A stretch of DNA of 64,000 nucleotides. Source: Lama glama (lineage: Eukaryota). The stretch lies in assembly GCA_028534125.1 (NCBI GenBank), contig CM052817.1, positions 54,686,001 to 54,750,000 of the forward strand. The letters are read 5' to 3'. Shown piece by piece: positions 25,850-38,533 of the stretch (position 1 is the stretch's first letter; each line of letters opens with the position of its first letter). Both the position numbers and the translations under genes were made by a program. Below the pieces are notes generated by a model, which was not told where the DNA came from, did not search any database, and saw only the letters and a list, made by a program, of their open reading frames with translations.

Positions 25850-27945
25850 TTACCCTCTATATCCTCGAACATTTTGCTGAATACTACTCTGCCTCTTTGC
25901 CATAACTGAAACTCCGAGAATTTCCTCTGTAGTATAGCTTTAAGTGGGTTTCATTTCTTTTACCATATTCCATGTAACTCAGGGCCAGCAGTAGGGGTTA
26001 GTAGCTCTCTATTGCTACTTCCATGTCATTCTTCCTCTAATTCCTCTATATTAGTTTGCTGTCACCACAAAGTACCACAGACTGTGTGGCTTGAACAACA
26101 GAAATTTACTTTCTCACAGTTCTGGAGGCTAGAATGCCCAGGTGAAGGTGTCAGCAGAGTTGTTTCTTCTGAGGGGTCTCTCCTTGTTGTAGAGATGGCT
26201 GTCTTCTCCCTCCATCTTCACATCATCTTCCCTCTGTGGCCATCGGTGACCTAATTGTCTCTTCTTATAAGGACATCAGTCGTTTTGGATTAGGGCCCAC
26301 CCTAATTACCGCATTCAACCTTAACTACCCTTTTAAAGAACTTACCTCCAAATATAGTCACATTCTGAGGTCCTAAGGGTTAGGACTTCAACATGTGATT
26401 TGAGAGGGAGGGCACCAATTCAGCCTGAGACACCCTCCTACTCATTCTTGCACCTTTGAAAATCAAGCTTCTGTTGACTCTTGGTGGCTAATAATCTCTG
26501 ACCTGATTATTCTTCCTTATTTAGCAAAAATGTAAGCACTTTATTTATAAGCCTTGCCCTCACCTTGAATAATGTCAAAGCTACCTCGAAGTATCACCCT
26601 CCAATAACCTGTTTTAGGCAGTTTTTGATTGCTTCAGTGTCTCTCTTCCACAATCACCCTTTGGACCTGATCATCACTTATAAATGCTCCATCTCCAAAA
26701 TGTAAAGGCCACCTTGCTCGCTTCCACCTTGCTTTTTCTCCTACTGCCATTTTCATTCTTCCTTGGCACCATCAGAAAACATTTATAACTCTAATTTTTC
26801 CCAGTGCTTCAGACTTCTTCTTCCTTCATTGTTCTTTTTATTAAAATTAAATTTAATGATTAATAATTTCATTGTACTCTAACAAATATATCAAACCCTT
26901 GTTTCTCATTTTTAAAAAAAACATGTCTGTACGATAACTCCCCTGCCATGGATGCACTCAGTTATATCTTGTCTATATCCCAACACTGAAAGAGAAAGTC
27001 CAGTGAAAACCAGTTCCACTATACATAGATGATGCTTATCTCCACATTGCTTGCCAACCTTATTACACTTCTTTGGCCAATTCATTCATTCAAGTATTTA
27101 AAACTTTTTTTTTCTTCACAAACTCCAACTTCCTTTACTTCCTGCTCCATCCCTGATGTTATATTCTACTTTGCAGAGAAAATAGAAGCACTTATCTTTT
27201 TCAGGTCAAACATACCAGTCTTTTTGGAACACACTGTGTATCCAACTGCTTAGGAGATCTTTCTTCTTGCAGATTTTAAAATAACCTCAAAAATTTGATC
27301 TTTCTCCATCTGAAACTGCCCCCTCCAATGTGGTCTATCTCCATGAATGGTTGTTCTATCCGTGTAGTAATTTAAGCCAGAAATCTTGATAACCCTCTTT
27401 CTTCTCCATCCTTTTATATTTTTCACCAAGCTTTGTAGCTTGTCTTCTAAATGTCTTTATCTATTCTTTTTCATATTCTTCACTTTACCATCCTGCTGCA
27501 TAATACGATTAAATATATATCCTAAAATCACTCTCCTATTTATATGCTTAATAATTCTCACTCCATTTTTTCACATTTTAGCCAGAAGAATCTTTTCAAA
27601 ACACAAATGTAGTGATGGCACCTTTCCTCCTCTGTTTAAAATTCTTAGACGTTTGCCAGTTTTTCTTAAATCAATGGTAAGTAATATGTTGAAAATAGGA
27701 CTCAGCATGGTTCCTCCAGCAGCTTCTACTTGCATCATATTTCCTTTGTGTTTTCAGTTCTAATCTACCTTTAAGTTCATTGTACATGTTGTGTCCCTCT
27801 TATCACATTTGCACACAGTCTTCCCTCAATTCTTTTCTCTCTTTTCAACCTATTACATCCTACTTACCCTAATATAGTGTGGAACACTCAGAAGATTCTC
27901 CATTAATAATTGACAAACTAATAACTGAATGAACACATGAATGAA
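25850..27945 (+). mobile_element. Long L2 fossil including an endonuclease-region remnant, internally deleted and split by MLT1A
   Basis: 'ctctttgccataactgaaac' (LAITET motif of the APE domain), 'ggacctgatcatcact' (DLIIT), 'ttctactttgcagagaaaatagaagca' (YFxEKIEA), then a typical L2 3' end 'taactgaatgaa'. Confidence 0.7.
26047..26432 (-). mobile_element. MaLR solo LTR (MLT1A/A0-like)
   Basis: 'acaacagaaatttactttctcacagttctggaggct', 'ggattagggcccaccctaat', 'gtcacattctgagg'. 5-bp TSD TCCTC/CCCTC at 26042-46 and 26433-37. Confidence 0.92.
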
Positions 27946-28109
27946 GAATGGATCAATATTTGAATTTTTTGAAAGGATAACCTACATATCAAATTCCTAA
28001 GACAATTTTAGGTATAGAAATGATAAATATATGTGATGAGTATTCATGTTGGTGAATGAGTTTTACATTTAGTGAATATGAATTGTCATGCAGATTCCTC
28101 AGTGTCAAC

Positions 28110-28600
28110 TATAATATTCTCTTCACCAATCTCAACATCAAATCCATCACTTTAATATATCTTTTCTATCTCTTTTGTTTCACCTCACATTATCTCTATC
28201 TTTATAATCATGGCTTTAGTTCCAGACACTATTCTTTTTCATCTCATTTCCTGAAAGAATCCTCGAACTGACCTTTCTGCTTCTAATCTTCTATCTTTCT
28301 AGTCCTATATTTTTAAAACTTTCAATCAGAGTCATCTTTTTAAAATGTAAAACGTATTAAATTACTTCCAAGCTTACATATCCTCAGTGCCTTCCTATTG
28401 TCTACAGGATAAAATCCGAAATCCCCAAGCATGGCCCCTCCTCTCCATCTTCTCTGGGATGCCTCCTTTGATTCATTACCTTATACTGAAACTGCTTGTT
28501 TTCCTGTCTGTCTTCCTCCCTAGTTTGTTGGACCTTTATGCTTAGCTCAGAAATATGTCACAGGGTAGGTGTTCCAAAACCATTTATGCAATAAATGATT
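28110..28600 (+). mobile_element. L2 fragment
   Basis: 'cagagtcatctttttaaaatgtaaa', 'ttcctattgtctacaggataaaatcc', 'gtctgtcttcctcccta'. Confidence 0.7.
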
Positions 28601-31600
28601 ATAAATTAATACATTTAAGATGTTTGTCAAAATAGCAAAAAAACATTATTATGCAGCATTGAGGTTTTTTATGTTTCCTTCAGTTTTGTGGTATAGTTTT
28701 ACTGCTCTTTGCGTAGAAATTGTGTTGCTAGCATTTACTAGTGACTTGTACAGTACTAGTGAATTAATATTGATCCTAAGTTTATATTATGAGTTATCCC
28801 AAGCTGAGATTTTATCAAAGAGGAAGCAACAATTCATAAGCTCTGTGCGCTCAAATCAAGCTGAAATTAATTTGCCTTGACTCTAGAATCCTGAGCTTCT
28901 AATAACTTGTTTTTCACATGTAGTGGAGTGCCTTACACAGAGGGGTTCCTCAGTAATTGTGTACTGAATAAATACCATTTTTAAATGTAATAAATACATA
29001 AATTAAGTAGGTTCTGTCTTAAATTTATGTATAAATCATCAGATGACTATTTAAAATTTCTAAAACATATGTCTTAAATTAATAATATTTTGCTTATTTT
29101 CAATTTTCATATGATTCCTTTTACTTGCTATGTTTCTCCTTTGCTACCAACTGGGTAGACTATGCCATTAACATCTTATAGTTCACAACTTCCCTTTATC
29201 TTCTTAAAATATCTGAACCTGAAGAACAGGTCTTTATTTGCTAAATCATTTAAAAGTATTGGCAAGATTTGTACAATTCTATTAAAGAGTGAAATAGAAT
29301 TAGTGGTCATGTATATGAGGAATGGCTGCTAGATTTGAGAAATGACACTTTTTTTCTGCCTCATAATGTGATGACATCATTCTTTCTTGGAAAGAAAGCA
29401 TAGCCATATATACGTTCAGTTGATTTCTTGCTAGCAATTCCAACTCAAAATAAACTATAAAGAAATTTATATCCCAAAATCTGTGCTGAAAAATTACTTC
29501 AGAAGACATCAGTTTGAAGTGGATGATTCCTTTGAGTCTTCCCTGTTATAACCCTTACCTTACTCTTTACAAGTTTGCTGAAGTGACCAGATTGCCATTT
29601 ACAAATCTAGCATTAGGAGTTTAAATCTGCAAAGCTGTCTACTCTTCAACCTTCCTTCTTAGATTACCGTTACTGCTTGATTTGAAATCTTGACATTTGT
29701 TGAGCAAATATCCAATACTTTAAACGTATCCTATATATAGGTAAACATTATTATAAGGTAAATCTACCAAGAAATTTGGAAACAATACAACTTAAAGAGG
29801 ACTGAATTCATATCTATGCATGAATTGCAAATCATACAACAGAATATCCACATGAAACATATTTACTTTTGCATTTTGAAGTATCACAATGTGAAAGGAC
29901 AATTCCCAAGAAGAAAACAGCTACCATTCTTTAATTTTAAATTTTCAGTACTTGAAAGCATACAAGAGAAAACAGCAGTCATTTATTTTTATAGACAAAA
30001 ATATTAGAGCTATAGAAACAAGCTCAGGCTGAGTCTATTTCATATGGAATAATTTTCATAGGTAGCTATGAGAGTAAAGGTTGATTGGCAATGTTAAAAG
30101 GATACCAGTAGTATAAACAAACAAAAGGTTGATACACAAATAACAATATATGAAAAGAATAATATTATTCAACAAAAAAATTAAGATGTGAGAAACATTT
30201 ATAATAATCAGATTTTGCTTGACAAAAATATGAAATCATTGAATGAATAAGGAGACAGTAAAATACTGCTTTATTTTCAGCTAGACAGTTATTTTGGAGC
30301 AGCAAAAATTTTCTTCCGTGGCTTTTGAGTAAAAAAATATGGTTTTCCCAAACCAGAGCAAGAGTGAGATGAGGGGGTGAGGTAAGGAATGCTGGAGGAT
30401 ATAAGAGGAGGAATTTGCACCATATGCTCTAATTTGGATTTGGACGGCTTTTTGGATATCTTTGGTAATAAACAGGATTTCTGCTTTTTGTCTTCTTGAT
30501 GTGAGGTTTACATTTGGGGGGAAAAATCTACTAGTTTAAGGAAACAAATGAAAGACCTTCTGGTTTGAATATTTATTTTAATGAGAAGAAAGCCCATTTG
30601 GATGAGAAAGGTGAAGAAAAAGCAAGTTTATGCTCCCCTGATGTGCTCTGTGATCATGTCTGTCTTATCCAGCTTAATTTTCTTTGATTTTAACTCATCT
30701 GTATGACCAGACATCTGTGAGTATTTATGCCTTATTTTGGTTATGTGCTGTCCCATTCTGGCTATCCATCAAATCCAGAACAGACTTCCCAGCAATGTTT
30801 TGTACAAAATGTAGAGTAGAATGATAACTGATTAACATTACGTGATAAATGGACATTCTTCAGCTGAAACTGTAAAGTGCAAAAACAGCTGAGACAACAT
30901 ATGAGCAGGAAATATAGTGCACAGTCTGTCTCTTAGTTCCTGTTCACGCAGCTAATTTTTTACTGCTACAATTCAAAAGTACATAAAGCTCAGATGCTGT
31001 ATATTTCTATTGAACAAATAAAAAAATGGAGTAATGTCCTTTTGTCTGCACATATTTGAGGAAAGAAAGTTTGTTGACATATTACTAAGATGAGATGTTT
31101 CTTAATGGCAAATAGAAAAACGTAACAGTCAAGGTTGCTGATTACATACCTTCTGCTAGAACTCCTGAAGGACATCACTGTCCCCAGTGAAATGCTCTAG
31201 GACCAAGTCTCATGTTACTTTATTCTCTCAACTCAGATTGATCCCTTGATGAATCTCCGAAATAGATTAACATTTACAAACCAAAAGCCTACATAGTAAA
31301 ACAGAAAGTGAGGCTGGGTAGGGACTGAGGTGGAAACTTCCTCTCTACCCAAAGGCCCCAGCAGCTCACTACCCACAAATTGTTTCTTTATGCTAATGAC
31401 TGGACCAGTGTTTCTAAACTTTCCTTTTTTTTTCTGAAAAGGATAGAATTCATATTTTTTAAATAGTAAGTTTCCTAATTTAAAAAGTTTATATATTTTT
31501 TCTTTTAAACAAACAGTGAGCACTAAACATCAACTGCTGAAGAGATTTAATTCATAGGCTGTTGGTTTTTGACCTCTATCTTAGATATTTAAAAAAAATT

Positions 31601-31834
31601 TCTTGTTATAAAGTACGAACAAGAGCTGACAGTTAAATACGTAGTTAAAAATTTACCAGACAACTATCAAAGTTTAAGTAAAAGTATTACATTCCATTGT
31701 ATTTATAACCAGCTGTGTTGGTTGATTTATCAAGTCATTGGTGTGTGATAGATTATTAAATCTAGTAGCAGTCTATTATAGTTCTTTTTCATTAATTGGT
31801 ACTTTATCAGTTCAGATGGAAAATCCTAATAATA

Positions 31835-31980
31835 AATTCTCTTATTCAATTCTCTCACTACAGAGTTGAAAACAATTAGAGTCAAAGATTAGGTGATGAG
31901 CCCAAAGCATTCCAGCAAACTAGTGGTAAGCAATGGCCTGTACCCAGCTGTTTCATGTTTCCTTTCAGTGCCCTTCTAAT
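31835..31980 (-). mobile_element. MIR/MIR3 fragment
   Basis: 'ttaggtgatgagcccaaag..cagcaaactagtggta'. Confidence 0.5.
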
Positions 31981-34468
31981 AACATAGAGTCTCTAATTGT
32001 AATAATGGGAACAAAGGTTAGATTATGATTAACTTAGCACCAACTGTGACATCAAGATTTTCTGTTTATAATAATGAGTACAAGGGCTAGATTATGGTTT
32101 ACTTAGCCCCAACGGTGAACAGGAGGCTTTTAAAGCAAATATCCTAAGGCAATGTCAAGAAGCACGTTTACCCTCATGAAATAAGTCACCATTTTTAACA
32201 CTTTAGGTCATTTCATTGTGATCAGGTCCTAAGAGTGACAGGATGTTTCTTTGGTTTGATAAATACATTTTTTTTTAATTTAATAAGCTACAATTCTTAT
32301 TAATTTATTTTATTTTTCTTAAAAGTTATACAACTGAATTTCTTTATATGTCATTTTAAAACTAAGAAAAATTTGAATATAAGGATTAAACTTTTTAGCT
32401 AATCAAAACCACAAATATTTCATAATTTAAAAAATTGGTTTGTAAAATTAATATTTCTTTTGCTTCAGAGATTAAACAAATAGTATTTGTCATCATAATG
32501 GTCCATTCATTAATGTCTAAAATCTAATAACCATGTCAAAGCTTTAACATTTCTAGTTGTAATTCTTTATTGGCCTCTGGGTATTCATTTCCCTCCCAAA
32601 GATCATAGTAAATTAAAATTTAGATAATTACATCCATTTAATCAGGAAATGATAGTTTTTTTTTCTTTCCTGTGAACCATAATGCTAGTATATTTTTATG
32701 CATGAAGGCTGTGGACATGTATCTTCTAGTTAAATCATATACTTCTTTTAAATCACAAACTCACTAATTTCAGGTAGGATTATAAAAGATTTGTGCATAT
32801 TTGTATTTATTTTGTATGGAGAACAGTTTGCAATAGCATTTAAAACCTTTGCAACATTTTCTACTGAAATTTTGAGGATATATTTAAGTCTGACACTTGA
32901 TCTTGGTAAAAACATTTTGAAAATTTGTTAATGTTTTCTTAAGATATGATTTCCCCAAGTTCTTTTTTGTTATCTGGTAAGATTTTCACTAAGCCCATTT
33001 CAGTTCTAAAATATTCACAAAGATTTATTATTATGTATACATTGAGTGAAATGCCTATTTTTATGCAGGAAAAGACAACTGTAATCATGTTTACACTTTG
33101 TCCTTTGAGACATTAATTGCCTCAGGCTGCCAGGTACCATCTTCTAGATGTTTCACCTTATGTATGATTTATGTTCTGGCCCTAACCTTTACCTCTACCA
33201 CATATTTTGCATCCCATTTTCCAAAGATTACATGATAAATCATTTTAATAGGTTAATGACTGTAAAATATTAGGTCAAGTAAGCTTGATAGTAGACGTTC
33301 CGAAATAGTGCTCTAATCTAAGATAGAAATCCGTTTTTATAGCTATGTTGATCTTGAAGATCCATCCTAGACCTGTTAGCTGCCAGACAGTAAAATCCAT
33401 CCTTTGTCTCTTTTGTAATATACCTTGTAACCAGTATTAACTATTGCCTTGTTCTGCCTTATGCTCTATGTCCCAGACTGCTTCTAAAACCCTCAGCCAC
33501 TCCTACCATGAACACGTTGGATGTCTTGAATCTTACTTTATCCCTCAAACTTGGGCTTTAGTGCTCTTTTCCTTGTCTTCATCTTTGGCTTTCTTCTTTG
33601 ACTGTGATTTGTACATTTTTTTTTAAACAAAGTAGGTTTGTATTAAGCAAGAAAGATGAATAAATGGATGCAAAATTGAAACCCCCAACAATATTTTTAG
33701 AGAAATAATACACAAAGTGAAATCATGGGCTTCTAGTGTTGAAATATTGCTTCTGTACTTAGAATGTAAACATGTGTGGCCAAAGGGAACTCAGCTACCT
33801 TTAATGTCAAAGATTTATATTGATTTTACAGTGGCACAATAAATTAGTTTTATTATTTCATGAAGTGGTTTCAGTTCCTTCTCTAAAGAAATGTAAGTAA
33901 AAATATTCCTAGAGGAATGTATGAAATGTTAGTCATCTCTCTTCTAATATTATCTATCTTGAGAGTCTCTAAACAATGTTCCCATGACATTTGGTAAGAT
34001 TTCATTTTAACTGTTCCACTGTCTTCAGTACTGTTTCCAAGAGCCATGGTATTTTTTTGCACTGTATTCTGGAATTTTAATTTATTTTTTTCAGTAAAAA
34101 CTATTAATGTTCTCTATGTAGTGTAGTCAGGGTTTATATTTTCTCTAATCTCAGTAAGTAATTGCTTTAACTAAGCTATAAGATGAATGTATAATGGTGT
34201 AATAAGCAGGTGTGAACTTTAAAAGTACAGACAAAAGCAAAGCTTAGGTATTCCCTGCATTCTGTTCTCTCACATATTACCTGGGGCAGATCGGGTGAGA
34301 TGAGTTGCCTAAACATTGCTGTTATATTGTGTCATTCTTTCCTCTTTATTTTCTGTTATTCCATAATCTCTTTTATTGTTTAATGCAATACATGTTATTT
34401 TCTTCCTGGTTTGTCCTCTTACACATATAAAAGTCAGGCCATAAACCACAAAGATACTTTTCGTTGAT

Positions 34469-34512
34469 GAACATGTATTGCTCTTCAGGAACATGTATTG
34501 CTCTTCAGGAAC
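34469..34512. repeat. Perfect 20-bp tandem duplication (GAACATGTATTGCTCTTCAG)x2.2
   Basis: Read directly from the sequence. Confidence 0.95.
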
Positions 34513-35639
34513 GTGCAAGAACTAGTATATTCAGCAAATGCATGAAGGAATATCCAGGTACATATTTATGTATGTACGTGACTCTAAGGTTATGCCAACA
34601 TCTGTCTGAAAACAGAAACCTTCTAGGTTGTGTATGCCTAGTGAATATGAAAAGCTCAAAGACTGCCATGTATATATATCTTATATTTAAGAAAGTGTAA
34701 GAACTCAAAGATATTTCTGAAGTTTTGGAAGGCCACATACTACTACCCTTTCCCCTTCTCCAAGTATCCACATCCTCTTTTGTACACTGATAGATGCTGG
34801 CAGTTCTGCTCTCAGAATTTAATTTCTAATTTACAGAATTTTGGCCTGTTAACAATAAATTATTATTGGGAGATTAATAACTTAAGTGGTTAGTCATTCA
34901 TGTAAATGAAAAAAAATGGAGGACTTTTTAAATGGGAAGCTTGTGGAATGATTATGAGAGTCCTAGCAATCTTAGAAAAAAATAGATGTTAAACATTTCT
35001 GCATATGCTTGCATGAAAATCAAGGAAAGAATTAAAGTATACACACTATGCTGTTCATACTGGTTGTCACGCAGTTTAGATTTGACTTGCACAATGGTGG
35101 AGAGGGATGGATAAGAGGTTTTTTTTTAACTTATATGTTTCTGCAGTATTTTACTTGTTATAATAAGTATGTATTATTTGTAATAAAATGTATTGAAAAA
35201 TGAAAATCAAAAATAGAGTGGAGGAAGGGAAGGCCATTAAACAGGAAGGGATATTTTATGGGAGATATCAATTCTTATACTTTTCATAATTTTATTCAGA
35301 ACTACTCTGTGAATACACAGAGTAGCTAACAAATAAATTTAATGTGGCCCATTAATGAATCTTTTGTGAATGTAGTATGTAGTTTTGTGAATTGAATGGA
35401 AGGTTCAACTGTGATGATTCCCAAAACAGAAAGTGTTACAAATTATTCTTGAGTACTGCTAGTTTAATTAACCAACTATGTAGGTACATATTATCATCTC
35501 ACACTAGATGAGCAACCCTGTAGGAGGACCTAACTTCACTTCTGTGTAAGCAACAACAGAACAAATAATAGAACTTTGATTTTTAAATGCTGTGTTATAA
35601 TAACATTAAACTAGCAAAAACAATTGATTGTCATGATAA

Positions 35640-36097
35640 TATAATACACTTATGAAGGGTGGCAAAATTTTTACATAAATGCCAATGGCATATATATTAG
35701 TACCACCCTCTCTGTGAAAGAGATTTGTGTGCTATATAATTTGAAAGCCTTTGGCTCAAAAATCACTTCTGGAAGATAATCTTAAGTAAAAAATCTATAG
35801 CAGAAAAAATCTACATGTATTAAAATTTTAATTTTAGTATTATTTGTATTATGCAAATATTATTAACTTGATTAGTAATAGAGGACTTATATGTTAATTT
35901 CAGCACATTGTAATTGTATAATAATTACAATATATAAATTTGTGTGTACTGTAATTGAACTTATATGGGAAAGAAAAAGGATCAGAGGGAATGTTAAAAT
36001 GGAAATAACTGTGTTATGATAATGGGATGATGAGTAATTAAACATTTTTGAGCATTTATAGCTTTTTTCCCCTAAGATAAAAAGTAATCTTGATATA
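35640..36097 (+). mobile_element. Highly decayed L1ME-type 3' region
   Basis: 'tagtaccaccctctctgtgaaagagatttg', 'ctttggctcaaaaatcacttctggaag', 'tagtattatttgtattatgcaaa' follow the order of the L1 ORF2 end and 3' UTR. Confidence 0.55.
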
Positions 36098-37265
36098 GGA
36101 AGAAGATATCTTGAAGTAATTATGTAGTAAGGCGTCTCATACATTTGACAGTGAAGAAATGGGCTGTTTGTACTTTTTTGTTTTTGTTTGGGAGCTTCTA
36201 AAATGTTAATAATCAAACCATCTTTAGAAATTCTGATTTCAAGGGTGTATAGGGCACAATGCTAGAATTTTTTTTAATAGTTTATTTACTATTGTTATTA
36301 CTATTTTATTTTAAAATGTACAATTCACTTGTTTTATTTTTAAAGTGTACAAGTATGGAATATTGACAAAGTTGTACAACTATCACCATCTAACTCCAGA
36401 ACATATCTATCACCCCTTAAAAAAAACACCTTACACATTAGCAGATATTCCCCTTTCTCCTCTTTCTCCAGCTCCTGACAACCACTAATCTAAGTTTCTG
36501 TCCCTGTAGATTTGCTTATTCAGATATTTCATATAAATGGAATCAGACAATATGTGGTCTTTATGCCTGGCTTCTTTCCTTTAGTGTAATGTCTTCAATG
36601 TTTGTCCATGTGATAGCAAATAGCACAACTTCATTCCCCTTTTAAGGCTAAACAGTATCTCATCGAATAGGTACATCACATTTCGTTCATCTATTCAACA
36701 ATTGATGGACATTTGTGTTCTTTTAACTTTTTTGGCTGTTGTGAATAATGCTGCCATGAACATTCATGTTTAAATTTTTGTGGGAGCATGCATATTCAAT
36801 TCTTTGGGTTTATACTTTGGAATGAAATTGCTAGGTAATATGGCAATTCTTTGTTTAACTTTTTGAGACACTAGCAAACTTTTCTAAAACGTCTATAGCA
36901 TTTTACATTCTCAGCAGCAATGTCTAAGGATTCTAATTTCTCCACATCCTTGCTGATACTTGCTAGTATCTGTCTTTTTGAGAAGAGTCATTCTAGTGCA
37001 TGTGAGTGGTATCTCGTGATTTTGATATGAATTTTCCTAATGACTAGTGATATTAAACTTTTTATATGCTCATTGGACATCTGTGTATCTTCTTTGGAGA
37101 AATGTCTAGTTCAATGTCAATTTTTAAATTTGTCATTTGTCTTTTTATTTTTGAGTTGCAATGGCTCTTTATATATTGTAGGTTGAACTTACTTATCACA
37201 TATCTGATTACAAATATGTTCTCTCATTCATTGGGTTGTCGTTTCAATTCCTTGGTTGACTTTAA

Positions 37266-37447
37266 TGTAATGGTTATGATAATAAAATATATAAATTTGT
37301 GTGTTTCATAATTTCACTTATATAGATAGACAAAATTAAAAGGGGATGTTATAATGAAAATAATTATGTTTTGATGATGGAATGATGAGTAATTAAACAT
37401 TTTGTACATAATTTTTGCCTATTATTAAAAATAATCTGAGAGATATA
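37266..37447 (+). repeat. Diverged direct copy of 35909-36097 inserted in the L1MB
   Basis: Exact 19-mer AATATATAAATTTGTGTGT (35929/37286) and 22-mer ATGATGAGTAATTAAACATTTT (36027/37382), at near-identical spacing. Confidence 0.9.
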
Positions 37448-38077
37448 TGCATATAATAAGATGGAATATAAAAACAGCAAGAAGTTTAAAATTTTTATGT
37501 CATCCCATTTGTCTATTTTGCTTTTTGTTGCTTGTACTTCCGGTGTCATATCTAAGAAACCACTACCTAATCTAAGATCATGAAGGTTTACATTTATGTT
37601 TTCATCTAATAGTTTTATAGATTCAGCTCTTCTATTTACTTCCATGATCTGTATTTTTGTAAAATATGAGGAAGGGATTCAACTTCATTCTTTTACAGAA
37701 GTTGTCACAGTACCATTTGTTCAAAAGACTGGTCTTTCTCCTTTTAGTTATTACATTGGCACCCTTGTCAAAATCAGTTGACTCAAAATTTAAGAGTTTA
37801 TTTCTGGATGCTCAATCTATTTCATTGGTCTGTATGTTTATTTTTAAGCCAGTTCATATTATTTTTGATTATTGTGGCTTTGCTGTATGTTTTGAAATCA
37901 GAAACAAATTTGTTCCTCTTTTACAATATTGTTTGGGATATACTGAGTCCCTTCCCTTGAATTAATATATGAACTTTTCAAATCAGTTTGCCAATTTCTA
38001 CAAAAAAAAAAAAGGCAGCTGGAATACTTACTGGAACTGTACTGAATCAGCAGATATATTTTAGGATTATTGCAAAC

Positions 38078-38533
38078 TGTAGTAGTTTCCTGGGACTGCT
38101 GTACAAAGTACCTCAAAATGACTGTCCTAAAGAGCAGAAATTTATTTTCTCACAGTTCTGGAAGCTAGAAGTCTGAGAACAATGCATCAATAGAATTGGT
38201 TCCTCTGAAGGCTGTGAGGTAAAATCTGTTCCATGTGTCTCTCCTAGCTTTTGGTGGTTTGCTGGCAACCTTTAGGATTCCATGTGGTTGGCATTCATCC
38301 TGTGTCTTCACACTGACTTCCCTCTTTACACATCTCTTTCTCTTTCCATGGCATTATTTTTATAAGTACACCAGGTTTTATTGGATTAGGAGCCCATCCT
38401 ACTCAGTATAACCTCATCTCACTTTAACTAATTGCATAATTACATCTGTAATGAACCTATTTCCAAATAAGATCATGTTCCACTGGGGATTAGGACTTGC
38501 ACAATAGGAATTTTAAGGGAATAAGCTATAATA
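38078..38533 (-). mobile_element. MaLR solo LTR (MLT1C-like) nested in L1MB
   Basis: 'tgtagtagtttcctgggactgctgtacaaagtac', 'aatctgttccatgtgtctctcctagcttttggtggtttgctggcaa', 'ctatttccaaataag'. The L1 is colinear on both sides. Confidence 0.9.

Noticed and set aside
27029..28271. Hydrophobic F/L/I-rich ORFs resembling membrane proteins
   Set aside because: Artefact of T-rich L2 fossils.
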